Shown here piece after piece: positions 39,428 to 49,331 of a DNA stretch of 64,000 nt. The notes under the pieces are model-generated. The model saw nothing but the letters and a program-made list of their open reading frames with translations, was not told the DNA's origin and did not search any database. The position numbers were made by a program, and so were the translations under genes. Position 1 is the first letter of the stretch. Every line of letters begins with the position of its first letter. Source of the stretch: Alphaproteobacteria bacterium (GTDB lineage: Bacteria > Pseudomonadota > Alphaproteobacteria > Rs-D84); the NCBI GenBank assembly GCA_031549365.1, contig JAVBPX010000005.1, positions 1 through 64,000 on the forward strand, written 5' to 3'.

Positions 39428-40858
39428 CTAGCCTATTTTGATAACGCATGTAATTCTGGTTTCGCGTTCGAATCCTTCTCGCAATCCCCCACGCGTAACA
39501 ACAACGATGTGGTCCCCAGATTTTACAACACCCAATTTTTGCGCGATATCAGATGCAACACTTTCGTATTTTTGGCCTTTGATAACCGACGCATCAAACA
39601 CAGGGATAACAGCATGGGACAGACATAATTGATTTGCAATAATTTCTTCGTCGCAAACAGCAATGATCGGAATCATCGAACGACGAGCCGATAATTCACG
39701 TGCCGATTTTCCAGAATCTGAAAATACAACAATTGCTTTGGCATCGTTTAATTCCGCCATGTATGCGATCGATTCAGACAAACTGGATTCGTCTGAAATA
39801 TCTGGGACTCCGCTTTCTGATTCGCATGAATTTTCAATTTGATCCCATTCCGCGGACGCTAAAATACGCGCCATCGCATCAACCGTTTCAATTGGATAAT
39901 CACCCATTGTTGTTTCCATTGATAACATTGTTGCGTCTGTCTTTTGATATGATGCTGTCGCAACATCGGACACTTCGGCGCGCGTTGGATATAATGCATG
40001 AGTCATACCTTCCATCATTTGCGTTGCAACAATAATCGGTTTGTTTTTTTGACGACACATACGTATCATTTGACGTTGAACAACAGGTACCTGTTCATAT
40101 GGAATTTCAACACCCAAATCTCCGCGTGCAACCATGGCGCCATCACATGCATCAATGATTGATTCCAAACGTTCAACTGCTTGGGGGCGCTCCAATTTTG
40201 CAATAATTAAAACTGGACGATCTGTGTGCTGTTTAATAAATTCGCGAACTTCGGCAATGTCGGATGCTTTTTGAACAAACGAAACCGCAATTAAATCAAC
40301 GTTTTTTGATAATGCGTACACTAAATCTTTTTTGTCTTTTTCTGTTAATACAGATGTATTGATTTCGGCATTTGGAATATTGAACGCCCGGCGATCCCAA
40401 ATATCATCCCCACGAACCACAGTGGTTTCAACAGATTTATCCATTTTTTTTGTAACCAATAATTCCATTTTACCGTCATTTAATAAAACTCGGGTGCCTG
40501 GCACCAAAGCCTCCATAACATCTGGATCCGGCAATTGAACACGTGTTTCATCTCCCAATTTTGGATCCAAATCCAATATGAATTTTTGTCCTGGTACCAA
40601 CTTATATTTTTTACCATCCGCCCCGCCAACAAAATCGCCAATTCTGTGTTTTGGGCCCTGCATGTCGGCCATGATCGCAATTGGTTTTCCAATTTTTTTT
40701 GAAACAGCACGAATTTTATCAATATTTTGACCGTGAAATTCATGCGCGTCGTGGCTGAAATTCAATCTGCATACATCCATACCGTGTTCGACCAATTCTT
40801 CTATGCGGTCGCACGATGCCGGCCCGATGCTGGCCACGATTTTTGTTAATTTTTTCAT
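39428..40858 (-). CDS. pyk: Pyruvate kinase
   Basis: TKIVASIGPAS, RLNFSH, DMQGPK, MVARGDLGVE, ATQM, PTRAEVSDVA. Confidence 0.97.
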   Translation of the reverse strand: MKKLTKIVASIGPASCDRIEELVEHGMDVCRLNFSHDAHEFHGQNIDKIRAVSKKIGKPIAIMADMQGPKHRIGDFVGGADGKKYKLVPGQKFILDLDPKLGDETRVQLPDPDVMEALVPGTRVLLNDGKMELLVTKKMDKSVETTVVRGDDIWDRRAFNIPNAEINTSVLTEKDKKDLVYALSKNVDLIAVSFVQKASDIAEVREFIKQHTDRPVLIIAKLERPQAVERLESIIDACDGAMVARGDLGVEIPYEQVPVVQRQMIRMCRQKNKPIIVATQMMEGMTHALYPTRAEVSDVATASYQKTDATMLSMETTMGDYPIETVDAMARILASAEWDQIENSCESESGVPDISDESSLSESIAYMAELNDAKAIVVFSDSGKSARELSARRSMIPIIAVCDEEIIANQLCLSHAVIPVFDASVIKGQKYESVASDIAQKLGVVKSGDHIVVVTRGGLREGFERETRITCVIKIG

Positions 40859-40992
40859 CTTTTTAATCCTTTTTTATTTTTGCAAGATTTCCTCTTTAAT
40901 TTTCTTGCAATTTCGTTATTTTTAGCCTATTATAGCACGCACAAACTATACATCAATATCGCACATAAAATCAAGGACAAAGGAGGTCCCAT

Positions 40993-41235
40993 ATGGCAAA
41001 AGAAACAGGAATCGCAGGCGATCAATTAAAATCCTTGGTCGAACGAATCGAAAGACTGGAAGAAGAAGTATCCAACATCCGTGCGGACGTTCGCGAAATT
41101 TACGGCGAGGCCAAAGGCATGGGATTTGAACCAAAATACATCCGCCAAATCATTAAATTACGCAAAATGGATCCGGATGAACGCGAAGAATCCGAAGAAA
41201 TTTTGTCCCTGTATCGTCAAGCAATTGGATTGTAA
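40993..41235 (+). CDS. gapR: GapR/DUF2312 nucleoid-associated protein
   Basis: QLKSLVERIERLEEE...EIYGEAKGMGFE. Confidence 0.92.
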   Translation: MAKETGIAGDQLKSLVERIERLEEEVSNIRADVREIYGEAKGMGFEPKYIRQIIKLRKMDPDEREESEEILSLYRQAIGL

Positions 41236-41324
41236 TTTAAAATACATTAAAATCCCCCAATCGGGGGATTTTTTAATTAATTCTGGATTTTTATTAAAAC
41301 ACCCTTATAATGGACTTGTTATAG

Positions 41325-41409
41325 GCGGGTATGGCGAAATTGGCAGACGCACTGGATTTAGGTTCCAGCGAGGCAACTCATGTGGGTTCAAGTCCCTCTA
41401 CCCGCACCA
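41325..41409 (+). tRNA. trnL: tRNA-Leu (TAG)
   Basis: 85 nt, anticodon loop TTTAGGT, long variable arm, CCA end. Confidence 0.96.
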
Positions 41410-41411
41410 TT

Positions 41412-41534
41412 AAATCCATGAAAATGGAATCCTAAATCTGTTTTGAATTTGCTTCCCTCGGTCATGTACCAATGCGTACACTCCCTGCGGGCTCAAAATC
41501 AAAATATCTTTATTATTCTCATTTTGATGAATTT
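41412..41534 (+). mobile_element. ~123-bp imperfect palindrome, ERIC/RPE-like MITE candidate, copy 2
   Basis: ~40-nt inverted arms around the core GGTCATGTAC-CAATGC-GTACACTCC. Confidence 0.65.
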
Positions 41535-41608
41535 CAAAACTTATGAGATAGTTATTAGAATATCTATCGCGAAACATTAAAATTATTTCACTGACGTTTA
41601 TAATTAAA

Positions 41609-42862
41609 TTAATCTAAATATGGTTTTATTTGATTTATTATATTATCCAAAACATGGCTCTTTTTGGCCAAAAATGACGATATTTTTTTGGATTGTTTTG
41701 CAATTTCATGCGGATTATCCAAATAATACATTACACGTGATGTTAATTCGTCCGAATCATTGATTCGATCAATTATTTTCGCATCATCCATTTCATTATA
41801 TAATTCCGCAAATGTTGATGTGTTTTTACCAACGATTACAACGTTACCCAATTGCATTGCTTCCAATGGCGAAGACCCACGCATGTCGGATAACATGGAC
41901 CGACCCATAAACACAATGTTTGATGAACGGTAAAAAATACCCATTTCACCCAATGTATCGGCAACATATATATTTGTTTTTGATTTTGGAATTTTATTTT
42001 CCGAACGGCACGCTATTGACCCACTATTCATTGCCGCGATTTTCTTTAATTCATCCCGCATTGATGGATGACGTGGTGTAATTATCAATAATGCGTCTTT
42101 GTGCTTTTTTAAAATATTTTTATGAACATCAATTGCGATGCGTTCTTCACCTTCACCCAATACAGCGGCATGCCATGTTGGACGTTTGCCAATCCATTTT
42201 TCAAATGCCAAACGTTCAGATTTATTGTCCGCGGACGGTGGATTGCCGTATTTCATATTATCGGATACAATTACGTTGCCCGCGCCCATTTTCCCTAGAT
42301 TTTCGGCATCATGATCCGATTTTGCAATTGCCAAATTAATTGAATCCATCATGTTTTTTGTAAACGATCTGGATTTTTGATATTTTTTAAATGCACGTTC
42401 TGTTACAGATCCATTAACCAAAATTTGTGGAATTTTATGACGACGCAAATAATCCATTTGAACAGGCCAAAAATCTGAATCAATTCGTATCATTGCATCC
42501 GGGCGCCAATGTTTCATAAACCGATTTATAATAAATGGCACGTCAACCGGCGAATATTGATGGATTATATCCGGATAATTTTTGTCTGCAATTGATGCCG
42601 CCGTCACGGTGCCATACGTTAATAATATTTTATATTTTGGAAATTTTAATTTCAGTTCAGATATTAATTGTTTAACAGATAAAACTTCACCAACCGACGC
42701 GCCATGAATCCAAATTAATTTTCCATTCGGACGTTTTGCTTTTGGTTTTCCCAAACGTTCATTAAAGCGTAATTTATCCTCTTTGCCGCGACGCATACGA
42801 CGCCGCAAATAAATATAAATTAATGGATAAAATAACGTTATTAATATTTTATACAAAAACAT
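41609..42862 (-). CDS. waaA: Kdo transferase
   Basis: ERLG, IWIHGASVGE, PRHP, DTLGEM, PLEA. Confidence 0.95.
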   Translation of the reverse strand: MFLYKILITLFYPLIYIYLRRRMRRGKEDKLRFNERLGKPKAKRPNGKLIWIHGASVGEVLSVKQLISELKLKFPKYKILLTYGTVTAASIADKNYPDIIHQYSPVDVPFIINRFMKHWRPDAMIRIDSDFWPVQMDYLRRHKIPQILVNGSVTERAFKKYQKSRSFTKNMMDSINLAIAKSDHDAENLGKMGAGNVIVSDNMKYGNPPSADNKSERLAFEKWIGKRPTWHAAVLGEGEERIAIDVHKNILKKHKDALLIITPRHPSMRDELKKIAAMNSGSIACRSENKIPKSKTNIYVADTLGEMGIFYRSSNIVFMGRSMLSDMRGSSPLEAMQLGNVVIVGKNTSTFAELYNEMDDAKIIDRINDSDELTSRVMYYLDNPHEIAKQSKKISSFLAKKSHVLDNIINQIKPYLD

Positions 42863-43835
42863 TTTTAAACCTTTTTTTAATAATGGATGCCAGCCGATCC
42901 GATTCCAAAATTAATTTTGTTTTATTTTTAATTTTTGGTGTTTTATTAATTAAACTGATTGCCCAACCGTTTTTATAAAAACCGTCCAGAAATTTAATGT
43001 TTTTATCCCTTATTAAATCCGGGTTATCATATACAAATACCGGCTTTTTTGTCGTTGCGCATTCACCAATCATTGAAATTGAATCCCCAGTTACAGCCAA
43101 TAAATCAGAACAAGAATAAATTCCAAAAATTGGGTTTTTTTCACCGGATTTATAGTCGTGAAAATAATATGGAACTGTTAATTTTGATAAAATTATTTTG
43201 GTTTGATTATCGCCTGTGCGTCGTGAATTTGTCATAATAATATTTGCATTATTTTTTAATGCCAAATCATTTATTTTTTCACCAAAATCGTCCGCCATTT
43301 CATTTGTAAAAATTGTACCCGGTGTTGACCCGCCAATCAATACTCCCAAATATGGTTGTTTAACCAATTTTTTAAATTTTGGCATCCATTCTTTTTTATT
43401 ATCTGACAAAAATTTATCCGATAATTGATTAATCGCCATTTCTGAAATTATTGTATTTTTGGAAACGGACCCACGAACATCATGACGATTCATAATAACC
43501 AAATCAATGTTTCGAATCCCACCAAAATCCGGCGCCATAATTGTAATGGTTTTGGTTTTTGGAAATTTATTTTTAATCCACCATAAAACAGGGGATAAAC
43601 GCCGTCCCGATCCAATCACTATATCAGGCTCCGATTGCGATGACAATGCGCGTTTTAATTCAGATGGTATTCCAATATATTTCAATGGGCCAAAACGCAA
43701 GAAATTCGGCCATTTTCCCCATTTATTTAATTCAATTTTTTGTTCAACAACGTCGTTGGATAATGCATAGCCCAGCCCTTGGGACTGACGCCATGATCCG
43801 ACGCGATCATCAATTAAAATCCAAACTTTTACCAT
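42849..43835 (-). CDS. ELM1-like putative glycosyltransferase / nucleotide-sugar-binding protein
   Basis: D.R.G...QS.GL, VLIGG, SRRT, VTGDSISMIGE. Confidence 0.85.
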   Translation of the reverse strand: MVKVWILIDDRVGSWRQSQGLGYALSNDVVEQKIELNKWGKWPNFLRFGPLKYIGIPSELKRALSSQSEPDIVIGSGRRLSPVLWWIKNKFPKTKTITIMAPDFGGIRNIDLVIMNRHDVRGSVSKNTIISEMAINQLSDKFLSDNKKEWMPKFKKLVKQPYLGVLIGGSTPGTIFTNEMADDFGEKINDLALKNNANIIMTNSRRTGDNQTKIILSKLTVPYYFHDYKSGEKNPIFGIYSCSDLLAVTGDSISMIGECATTKKPVFVYDNPDLIRDKNIKFLDGFYKNGWAISLINKTPKIKNKTKLILESDRLASIIKKRFKNVFV

Positions 43836-43943
43836 TTTATTCTCCGTATTGGTAAAACATAGCAAATTATTCGAAAAAAATCCAGTCTGTACTTTTATTT
43901 TGACTTTTAATAATTGCCCGTTATAATACGGCGTATGAATTAT

Positions 43944-44020
43944 GGGTGTATAGCTCAGTTGGCTAGAGCGTTACGTTGACATCGTAGAGGTCGTTGGTTC
44001 GAGCCCAATTACACCCACCA
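43944..44020 (+). tRNA. trnV: tRNA-Val (GAC)
   Basis: 77 nt, anticodon loop TTGACAT, CCA end; promoter TTGACT..TATAAT at 43900-43927 and terminator at about 44026-44060. Confidence 0.96.
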
Positions 44021-44118
44021 TGATTAAAAATGTGGAATGTTAATAACATTCCACATTTTTTGATTATCTGTACAGAATTTGCAATTTGAGCCAGCGAGAA
44101 AACTCTCCCATTAATAAT

Positions 44119-44802
44119 TTAGCAAAATTTATCCCAACGTTTTTTAACTGATTTAAAAAATCTCTGCAAACGGTTTGTTGTGTGTGTTGCATAATCAAAC
44201 CGAACCGCAACGCGTGGTAATTTTAAATCCAACGCCATCATCATGCGATGATGACCCTGATTCAAGCTGTCGAATGTGCCGAAATTTCTGTGTAATAAAA
44301 TTTCAATTGGATATTTATCATCAAAACCATTTTTTTCAAATGATTTTTTTAATTCATTATATCGGCGAAGACGTTCTTCATCCGACATTTTCCACTGTTT
44401 ACTGGTTAAAATATATGCATTTTCGGGTGTTCGATGCGCACGTTCCAAACCCATTTTACGAATTTCAAACGGATCCATGTGATAGATGTTTGACCCCTGT
44501 TTAATAAAGTTTTTTCGTAATACCCGAATAAACGGGGTAATTAAATCAAACCAAAAATTTTGGCGACGAAATGCCAACCGAACCGGCCAATATGTGTGTT
44601 TTGATTTTTTTGCATTTTCCAAAATACGACGCCCAGAAATCAGTTGATCCGATATATTATTTTTTTTATTCCCCAATAAAATTATAACTTTGTTATCAGA
44701 TTTTTTATTTTTTTTTGACTTTAAATCCGGCAATGCCAAGACATCATTAATATCCAGCATATAACGTTCCGAAGACAAAGCAGTATATAATTTTTTCACC
44801 AA
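44119..44802 (-). CDS. Basic hypothetical protein with C-terminal ParB/Srx-like motif (start uncertain)
   Basis: LKKSFEKNGF...PIEI...QGHHRM..A..L.L..V.V resembles the ParB N-terminal (D)GHHR motif. Confidence 0.6.
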   Translation of the reverse strand: MVKKLYTALSSERYMLDINDVLALPDLKSKKNKKSDNKVIILLGNKKNNISDQLISGRRILENAKKSKHTYWPVRLAFRRQNFWFDLITPFIRVLRKNFIKQGSNIYHMDPFEIRKMGLERAHRTPENAYILTSKQWKMSDEERLRRYNELKKSFEKNGFDDKYPIEILLHRNFGTFDSLNQGHHRMMMALDLKLPRVAVRFDYATHTTNRLQRFFKSVKKRWDKFC

Positions 44803-44864
44803 GAAAATAATCCCATTTGTTATAAATGGGATTATACAAATATTTTTGCAAAAGTCCAGTAATA

Positions 44865-45560
44865 CTATGCCTTTTTGGCACGAAACCGTACCGTTGGATG
44901 GGCATGCATGCCGTTACAAAATGGCTTGTTTGACGAAGCACCACAACGACATAATGTTTGTTTTGGACGAACTTCGTAACTTTGCCCATCGGCGCTTTCA
45001 ACACGAATTCCACCGCGAATCCACAACGGACCGGATAATTTTAATCCAGAATCTTCGATTGTTGAGATTTCCGTTGGTTGAGGCGCATCCACCGATTTTC
45101 CAAATTTATCGAACATTAACAGGCGGCCCGATGGGCATAAATCAGCCTCGGCAATTGCCCATTTATCGGCTTGTTTATCACCAACTGTTACCAAATTCCA
45201 GATTTTACCATGAGCATCACAAAAACGTGCAAACGCACAATAATCACGATTATCCATCAATGTTAAATTTGGTCCGTCTGTGCGTTCTGCATTTTTTAAA
45301 ATTGGTTCAAAAGACGCTGTTTCCGTTCCATCAAACCCAACGGGAGTATGCGACCCATCGCAAAACGGCGCCGTTTTGGATTTTCCGCAACGACATAATG
45401 CTATTGGATCCGATTTGATTTCAAAAGTTTCCCCATCGCCATATTTCACAGAAATACCATTCGTATCTGTTAATATAATTTTTTCGGAAACGGATGAAAT
45501 TCCGTAAACCAAATACGGTCCGTCTTTGCTAACCTTAATGTATGGTTTTTTATCTGTCAT
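44865..45560 (-). CDS. CDGSH iron-sulfur domain protein
   Basis: LCRCGKSKTAPFCDGSH and LCRCGASSNKPFCNGMH, with a central CAFARFC...CPSGRL. Confidence 0.92.
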   Translation of the reverse strand: MTDKKPYIKVSKDGPYLVYGISSVSEKIILTDTNGISVKYGDGETFEIKSDPIALCRCGKSKTAPFCDGSHTPVGFDGTETASFEPILKNAERTDGPNLTLMDNRDYCAFARFCDAHGKIWNLVTVGDKQADKWAIAEADLCPSGRLLMFDKFGKSVDAPQPTEISTIEDSGLKLSGPLWIRGGIRVESADGQSYEVRPKQTLCRCGASSNKPFCNGMHAHPTVRFRAKKA

Positions 45561-45608
45561 TTATTCATCCTTTGCGCTTTTAATTTTTATATATAACTAG
45601 TATTTAAA

Positions 45609-46157
45609 TTAAAACACTTTGATAACACCAACAAATGCGCCCATGCGATCAACATTATTCATGCTTTGCAAATCTGTATCTTTGAAATTCAATACCGCCC
45701 GAGTATATTCCATACCAACGTTTAAATTCCACCCAGAATTAAATGGAACGCGAACGCCAAACGTTGAACCCCAAACCCATCCAACCTGGACGTCTGCATC
45801 TTTTGGATCATATGCAACGGCACCAATTCCAACCAATAAATATGGAATTAATTTTGCTTCGGACGGAGCAACCTCGAACCCGGATTTTATCATCATATTT
45901 GAATAATTCGTACTTGGGTCTGTTTTATATCCAAAATTATACGCACCTTCGGTACGCCAAATCCAGTTATCTGACATTCTGATCATAGCGCCAGAATGCA
46001 ACTGAAACCCAGGCATAAAATTTGTATCAACATTTTGTTCGCGCACATTATGTAATCCATAAAATGCGTTCAAACCGGCATAACTATCCGTTTCATATCC
46101 TGCATTTGCAGACGTCACAGCTAAAATTGCAATAATTGATAATGTGATTTTTTTCAT
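45609..46157 (-). CDS. Small outer-membrane beta-barrel protein
   Basis: Signal peptide, PYLLVGIG strand, C-terminal Phe. Confidence 0.75.
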   Translation of the reverse strand: MKKITLSIIAILAVTSANAGYETDSYAGLNAFYGLHNVREQNVDTNFMPGFQLHSGAMIRMSDNWIWRTEGAYNFGYKTDPSTNYSNMMIKSGFEVAPSEAKLIPYLLVGIGAVAYDPKDADVQVGWVWGSTFGVRVPFNSGWNLNVGMEYTRAVLNFKDTDLQSMNNVDRMGAFVGVIKVF

Positions 46158-46265
46158 TTAAATCTCCTTGGGATTTGTTTGATATTAATAATCATAGAAA
46201 AAACTAGAACATAAAGCAACAGGATAAAATCCAAAATTTTAATAATATTATGATATAATGTATTC

Positions 46266-47423
46266 ATGAAAAGATATGATATAATTATTATTGGTGGCGG
46301 AGCGGCAGGAATTATGTGCGCCATTTCCGCATTATCTAGTAAAAAATCGATTTTAATCGTTGATATGGGGCCCAAATTATTGCGGCGAGTTTTAATTTCT
46401 GGGGGCGGACGTTGTAATTTTACAAACATTCATGCCATATACAAAAATTATCATGGAAATGATCCAAAATTTGCAATTGACGCATTGTCTGAATTTGGAC
46501 CAAATGATATTTTAAATTATGTAAAAAAACATAAAATTGAATGGTATGAAAAAACAGACGGGCAGTTATTTTGTAAAAACACTTCGGCCGATTTGGTAAA
46601 TGCATTATTAAGCGATGCACGAGGCGCTGATATTTTATTAAATACATCTGTTTCCGCTGTTCATAAACGCAATGATATTTTTTCAATATACGATAACAAG
46701 CAAAAATTAATTGCGACTTCAAATAAACTGGTTATTGCAACAGGCGGATTGGCATATCCACAAATAATGGTTTCCAGCCTTTCGGCCAGCGTTTCAAAAA
46801 CATTTAAACATACTATTATTCCTTTGAAACCTGCATTAACTGGACTCAAAACCCGGGTTTTTTCATCATTGTCTGGGATTTCAGTGAATGTTGATTTAAA
46901 TGTTAATAATAAAAAATTAAACGGATATTTATTGTTTACACATAATGGAATTTCTGGACCTGTTGTATTTAATTCTTCGCTATTATTTCCATTTGAAAAA
47001 TATGAAATAAATTTTTTACCAAAATGTAATTTATTTGATGAATTAATTAAATTAAAAAAGAATAAATCAAAAAAAACAATTTCTGGTTTTTTATCAACAA
47101 AAATGCCCTCGCGATTGTCCAAATTTTTAACAGAAAAAACAAGCAACAATGCTATTGAAAAAATATCAGATGAAGAATTAAAAAAAATATCAAATAATGT
47201 TCAAAAATATCTTTTGGAAAAACTGGAATTAAATTCATATGAACGGGCCGAAGTTATGTCTGGTGGGATATCAACAAATGAAATTAATCCGAAAACAATG
47301 GAATCAAAAAAAATATCTGGATTATATTTTATTGGTGAATGCTTGGATATCGCTGGGGATTTGGGTGGGTTTAATTTAACATGGGCATTTTCTTCGGGAA
47401 ATGTTTGTGGAAAAAACATTTGA
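46266..47423 (+). CDS. HI0933/BaiN-family flavoprotein
   Basis: GGGAAG, ISGGGRCNFTN, ATGG, LFTH.GISGP, G.LGGFNL..AFSSG. Confidence 0.92.
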   Translation: MKRYDIIIIGGGAAGIMCAISALSSKKSILIVDMGPKLLRRVLISGGGRCNFTNIHAIYKNYHGNDPKFAIDALSEFGPNDILNYVKKHKIEWYEKTDGQLFCKNTSADLVNALLSDARGADILLNTSVSAVHKRNDIFSIYDNKQKLIATSNKLVIATGGLAYPQIMVSSLSASVSKTFKHTIIPLKPALTGLKTRVFSSLSGISVNVDLNVNNKKLNGYLLFTHNGISGPVVFNSSLLFPFEKYEINFLPKCNLFDELIKLKKNKSKKTISGFLSTKMPSRLSKFLTEKTSNNAIEKISDEELKKISNNVQKYLLEKLELNSYERAEVMSGGISTNEINPKTMESKKISGLYFIGECLDIAGDLGGFNLTWAFSSGNVCGKNI

Positions 47424-47460
47424 TGTTTGTTATTATTTTGCTGTTAAAAAAGGAAATACC

Positions 47461-48198
47461 ATGAAAAAAATGGAAAAACATATTGTAAACCGCACTGTGC
47501 GCGCCTACCAAGTTGATAGGCACGGTCTGTTACGGCCTGTAATTTTAATGAATTTGTTACAAGATATGGCGGATATTCATGCGGAAAAGATTGGTGTGGG
47601 ATATACTTTTTGCCGTGAAAAAAATCTGGCGTGGGTTGTAACACACTATGCTATTGAAATTGAGCGCATGCCTCGCGTTAATCAAGTTTTAACCCTTGCA
47701 ACATGGCCATCCGGCCAGGATGCATTAAGGGCAACGCGTGATTTTGAAGTATTTGATGACCACGGAAATGTTTGCTTTCGCGCAACAAGTCAATGGATAT
47801 TAATCGATCTTGAATCTCGTCGTCCATTAATATTAGCACGAAATATCCCTGAATTCCCAGTATTGGAAGAGAGATCATTGGACATTAAATTTGAATCGTT
47901 TCCTGAATTTGAAACACAAAAAACCCAAGAATTCGAACCACGATTTGACGACATTGATGTAAATCAGCATGTAAACAACGCAATATACACCGTGTGGGCC
48001 ACTGAATCCCTGGGTTTTGACTTTCGCAATGCTCACTCATTAAAATCTATTTCCATTCAGTTCAAAAAGGAAATTCCTGATTCAGTTCGCAAAATTAGCG
48101 TAGAATCCCGATTAAACAACAAAACATCAATGCATCGATTAATGTCTTTGGATGGATTATTTCATGCCGGGATTAAATGCGAATGGACTGATGCGTAA
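47461..48198 (+). CDS. Acyl-ACP thioesterase
   Basis: Double hot-dog fold pattern; DIDVNQHVNN. Confidence 0.9.
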   Translation: MKKMEKHIVNRTVRAYQVDRHGLLRPVILMNLLQDMADIHAEKIGVGYTFCREKNLAWVVTHYAIEIERMPRVNQVLTLATWPSGQDALRATRDFEVFDDHGNVCFRATSQWILIDLESRRPLILARNIPEFPVLEERSLDIKFESFPEFETQKTQEFEPRFDDIDVNQHVNNAIYTVWATESLGFDFRNAHSLKSISIQFKKEIPDSVRKISVESRLNNKTSMHRLMSLDGLFHAGIKCEWTDA

Positions 48199-48261
48199 AA
48201 CAAACTTGACTTTTGATTTCATTGTTGTAAAATTACGGCAATGAAATCAGGGTCAAAAAAT

Positions 48262-49329
48262 ATGACAAAATCTTTTTTTTATTTTACTCCATTTTTTATC
48301 GATGCATTACAAATTCCAAGCCATGGATATACGACACATTATGATACGGACGTTTCAGACTTGCGTCTGTACGTAACATCGCGAGGCGCAAAAACTTTTT
48401 TTGTCAGAAAACGCATTAACGGTCGCGACCAAAGAATAATTCTTGGATCGTATCCGGACACTTCGATTGATGCTGCTAGGGAATACGCAATACAAAAGAT
48501 GGCTGCACTTAAAAAAAAGCCAACCACCAAAAAGAAACATTCGATAAATCAAATTTCTTTGCGCGAATTCGTCCCAATTTATATTCGCAAAAAGATCCGG
48601 CGCAGGCCTGAATCCCGTGCGAAATTGGTTAAAACAATCAATCGGTTATGGGAATCATTGTTCCCATTTAATTTAAACGATATTACCGACGAACATGTGT
48701 TAACACTCCATCGATATTTGGAAAAGCATCACGGGCCATCCATTGCCAACCGAATGTTAGAAATCATGCGCGGATTGTACAGATATGCAAATTTGAACAA
48801 TTACGCAGATCATAATCCTGCCATATCCGTATCGAAATTTATCGAGGTTCGCCGCCAACGCAGGTTAAACTCATCCGAAATTCAAACATTGGTTCGAGCC
48901 ATTAAATCCGAAAAAAACTCAACATTTCGGGCAGCATTATTGATGATGATTTATACAGGGGAAAAGAAATCTCGTGTTTTTTCAATGCGTTGGTCCGATT
49001 TGGACTTTAACCAAAGTTTATGGGAAACATCTGCTGGACCACGCGCATTGGGTGATTTGGCTGTGGTTTTGCTGGAAAAATTACCACAACGATCCGCATG
49101 GGTGTTCCCAAACAAAAAATCATCGTCTGGGCATATCGTTGACCCCAAGCGTCCCTGGAAACGCATTTTAAAAAATACAAATATAAACAATGTTCAATTG
49201 GATGATATCAATAAAACTTTAAAACAAATTTTTGATAAAGCAATGCGTTCTTTGGAAACCCAATATCCAACACTGGAAGACGAACGCCGCATAATTAATC
49301 AAACACTATCAAAATTAAAGATTTCATAA
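48262..49329 (+). CDS. Integrase-derived protein (Arm, core-binding and degenerate catalytic domains), predicted inactive
   Basis: Arm domain LRLYVTSRGAKTF...LGSYP..SIDAAR. Catalytic boxes appear as TGEKKS and LDDINKT; the LGH/Tyr box is absent. Confidence 0.85.
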   Translation: MTKSFFYFTPFFIDALQIPSHGYTTHYDTDVSDLRLYVTSRGAKTFFVRKRINGRDQRIILGSYPDTSIDAAREYAIQKMAALKKKPTTKKKHSINQISLREFVPIYIRKKIRRRPESRAKLVKTINRLWESLFPFNLNDITDEHVLTLHRYLEKHHGPSIANRMLEIMRGLYRYANLNNYADHNPAISVSKFIEVRRQRRLNSSEIQTLVRAIKSEKNSTFRAALLMMIYTGEKKSRVFSMRWSDLDFNQSLWETSAGPRALGDLAVVLLEKLPQRSAWVFPNKKSSSGHIVDPKRPWKRILKNTNINNVQLDDINKTLKQIFDKAMRSLETQYPTLEDERRIINQTLSKLKIS

Positions 49330-49331
49330 AA

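Noticed and set aside
44846-45418. 190-aa + strand ORF
   Set aside because: It is essentially antisense to the well-supported CDGSH gene and has no motifs.
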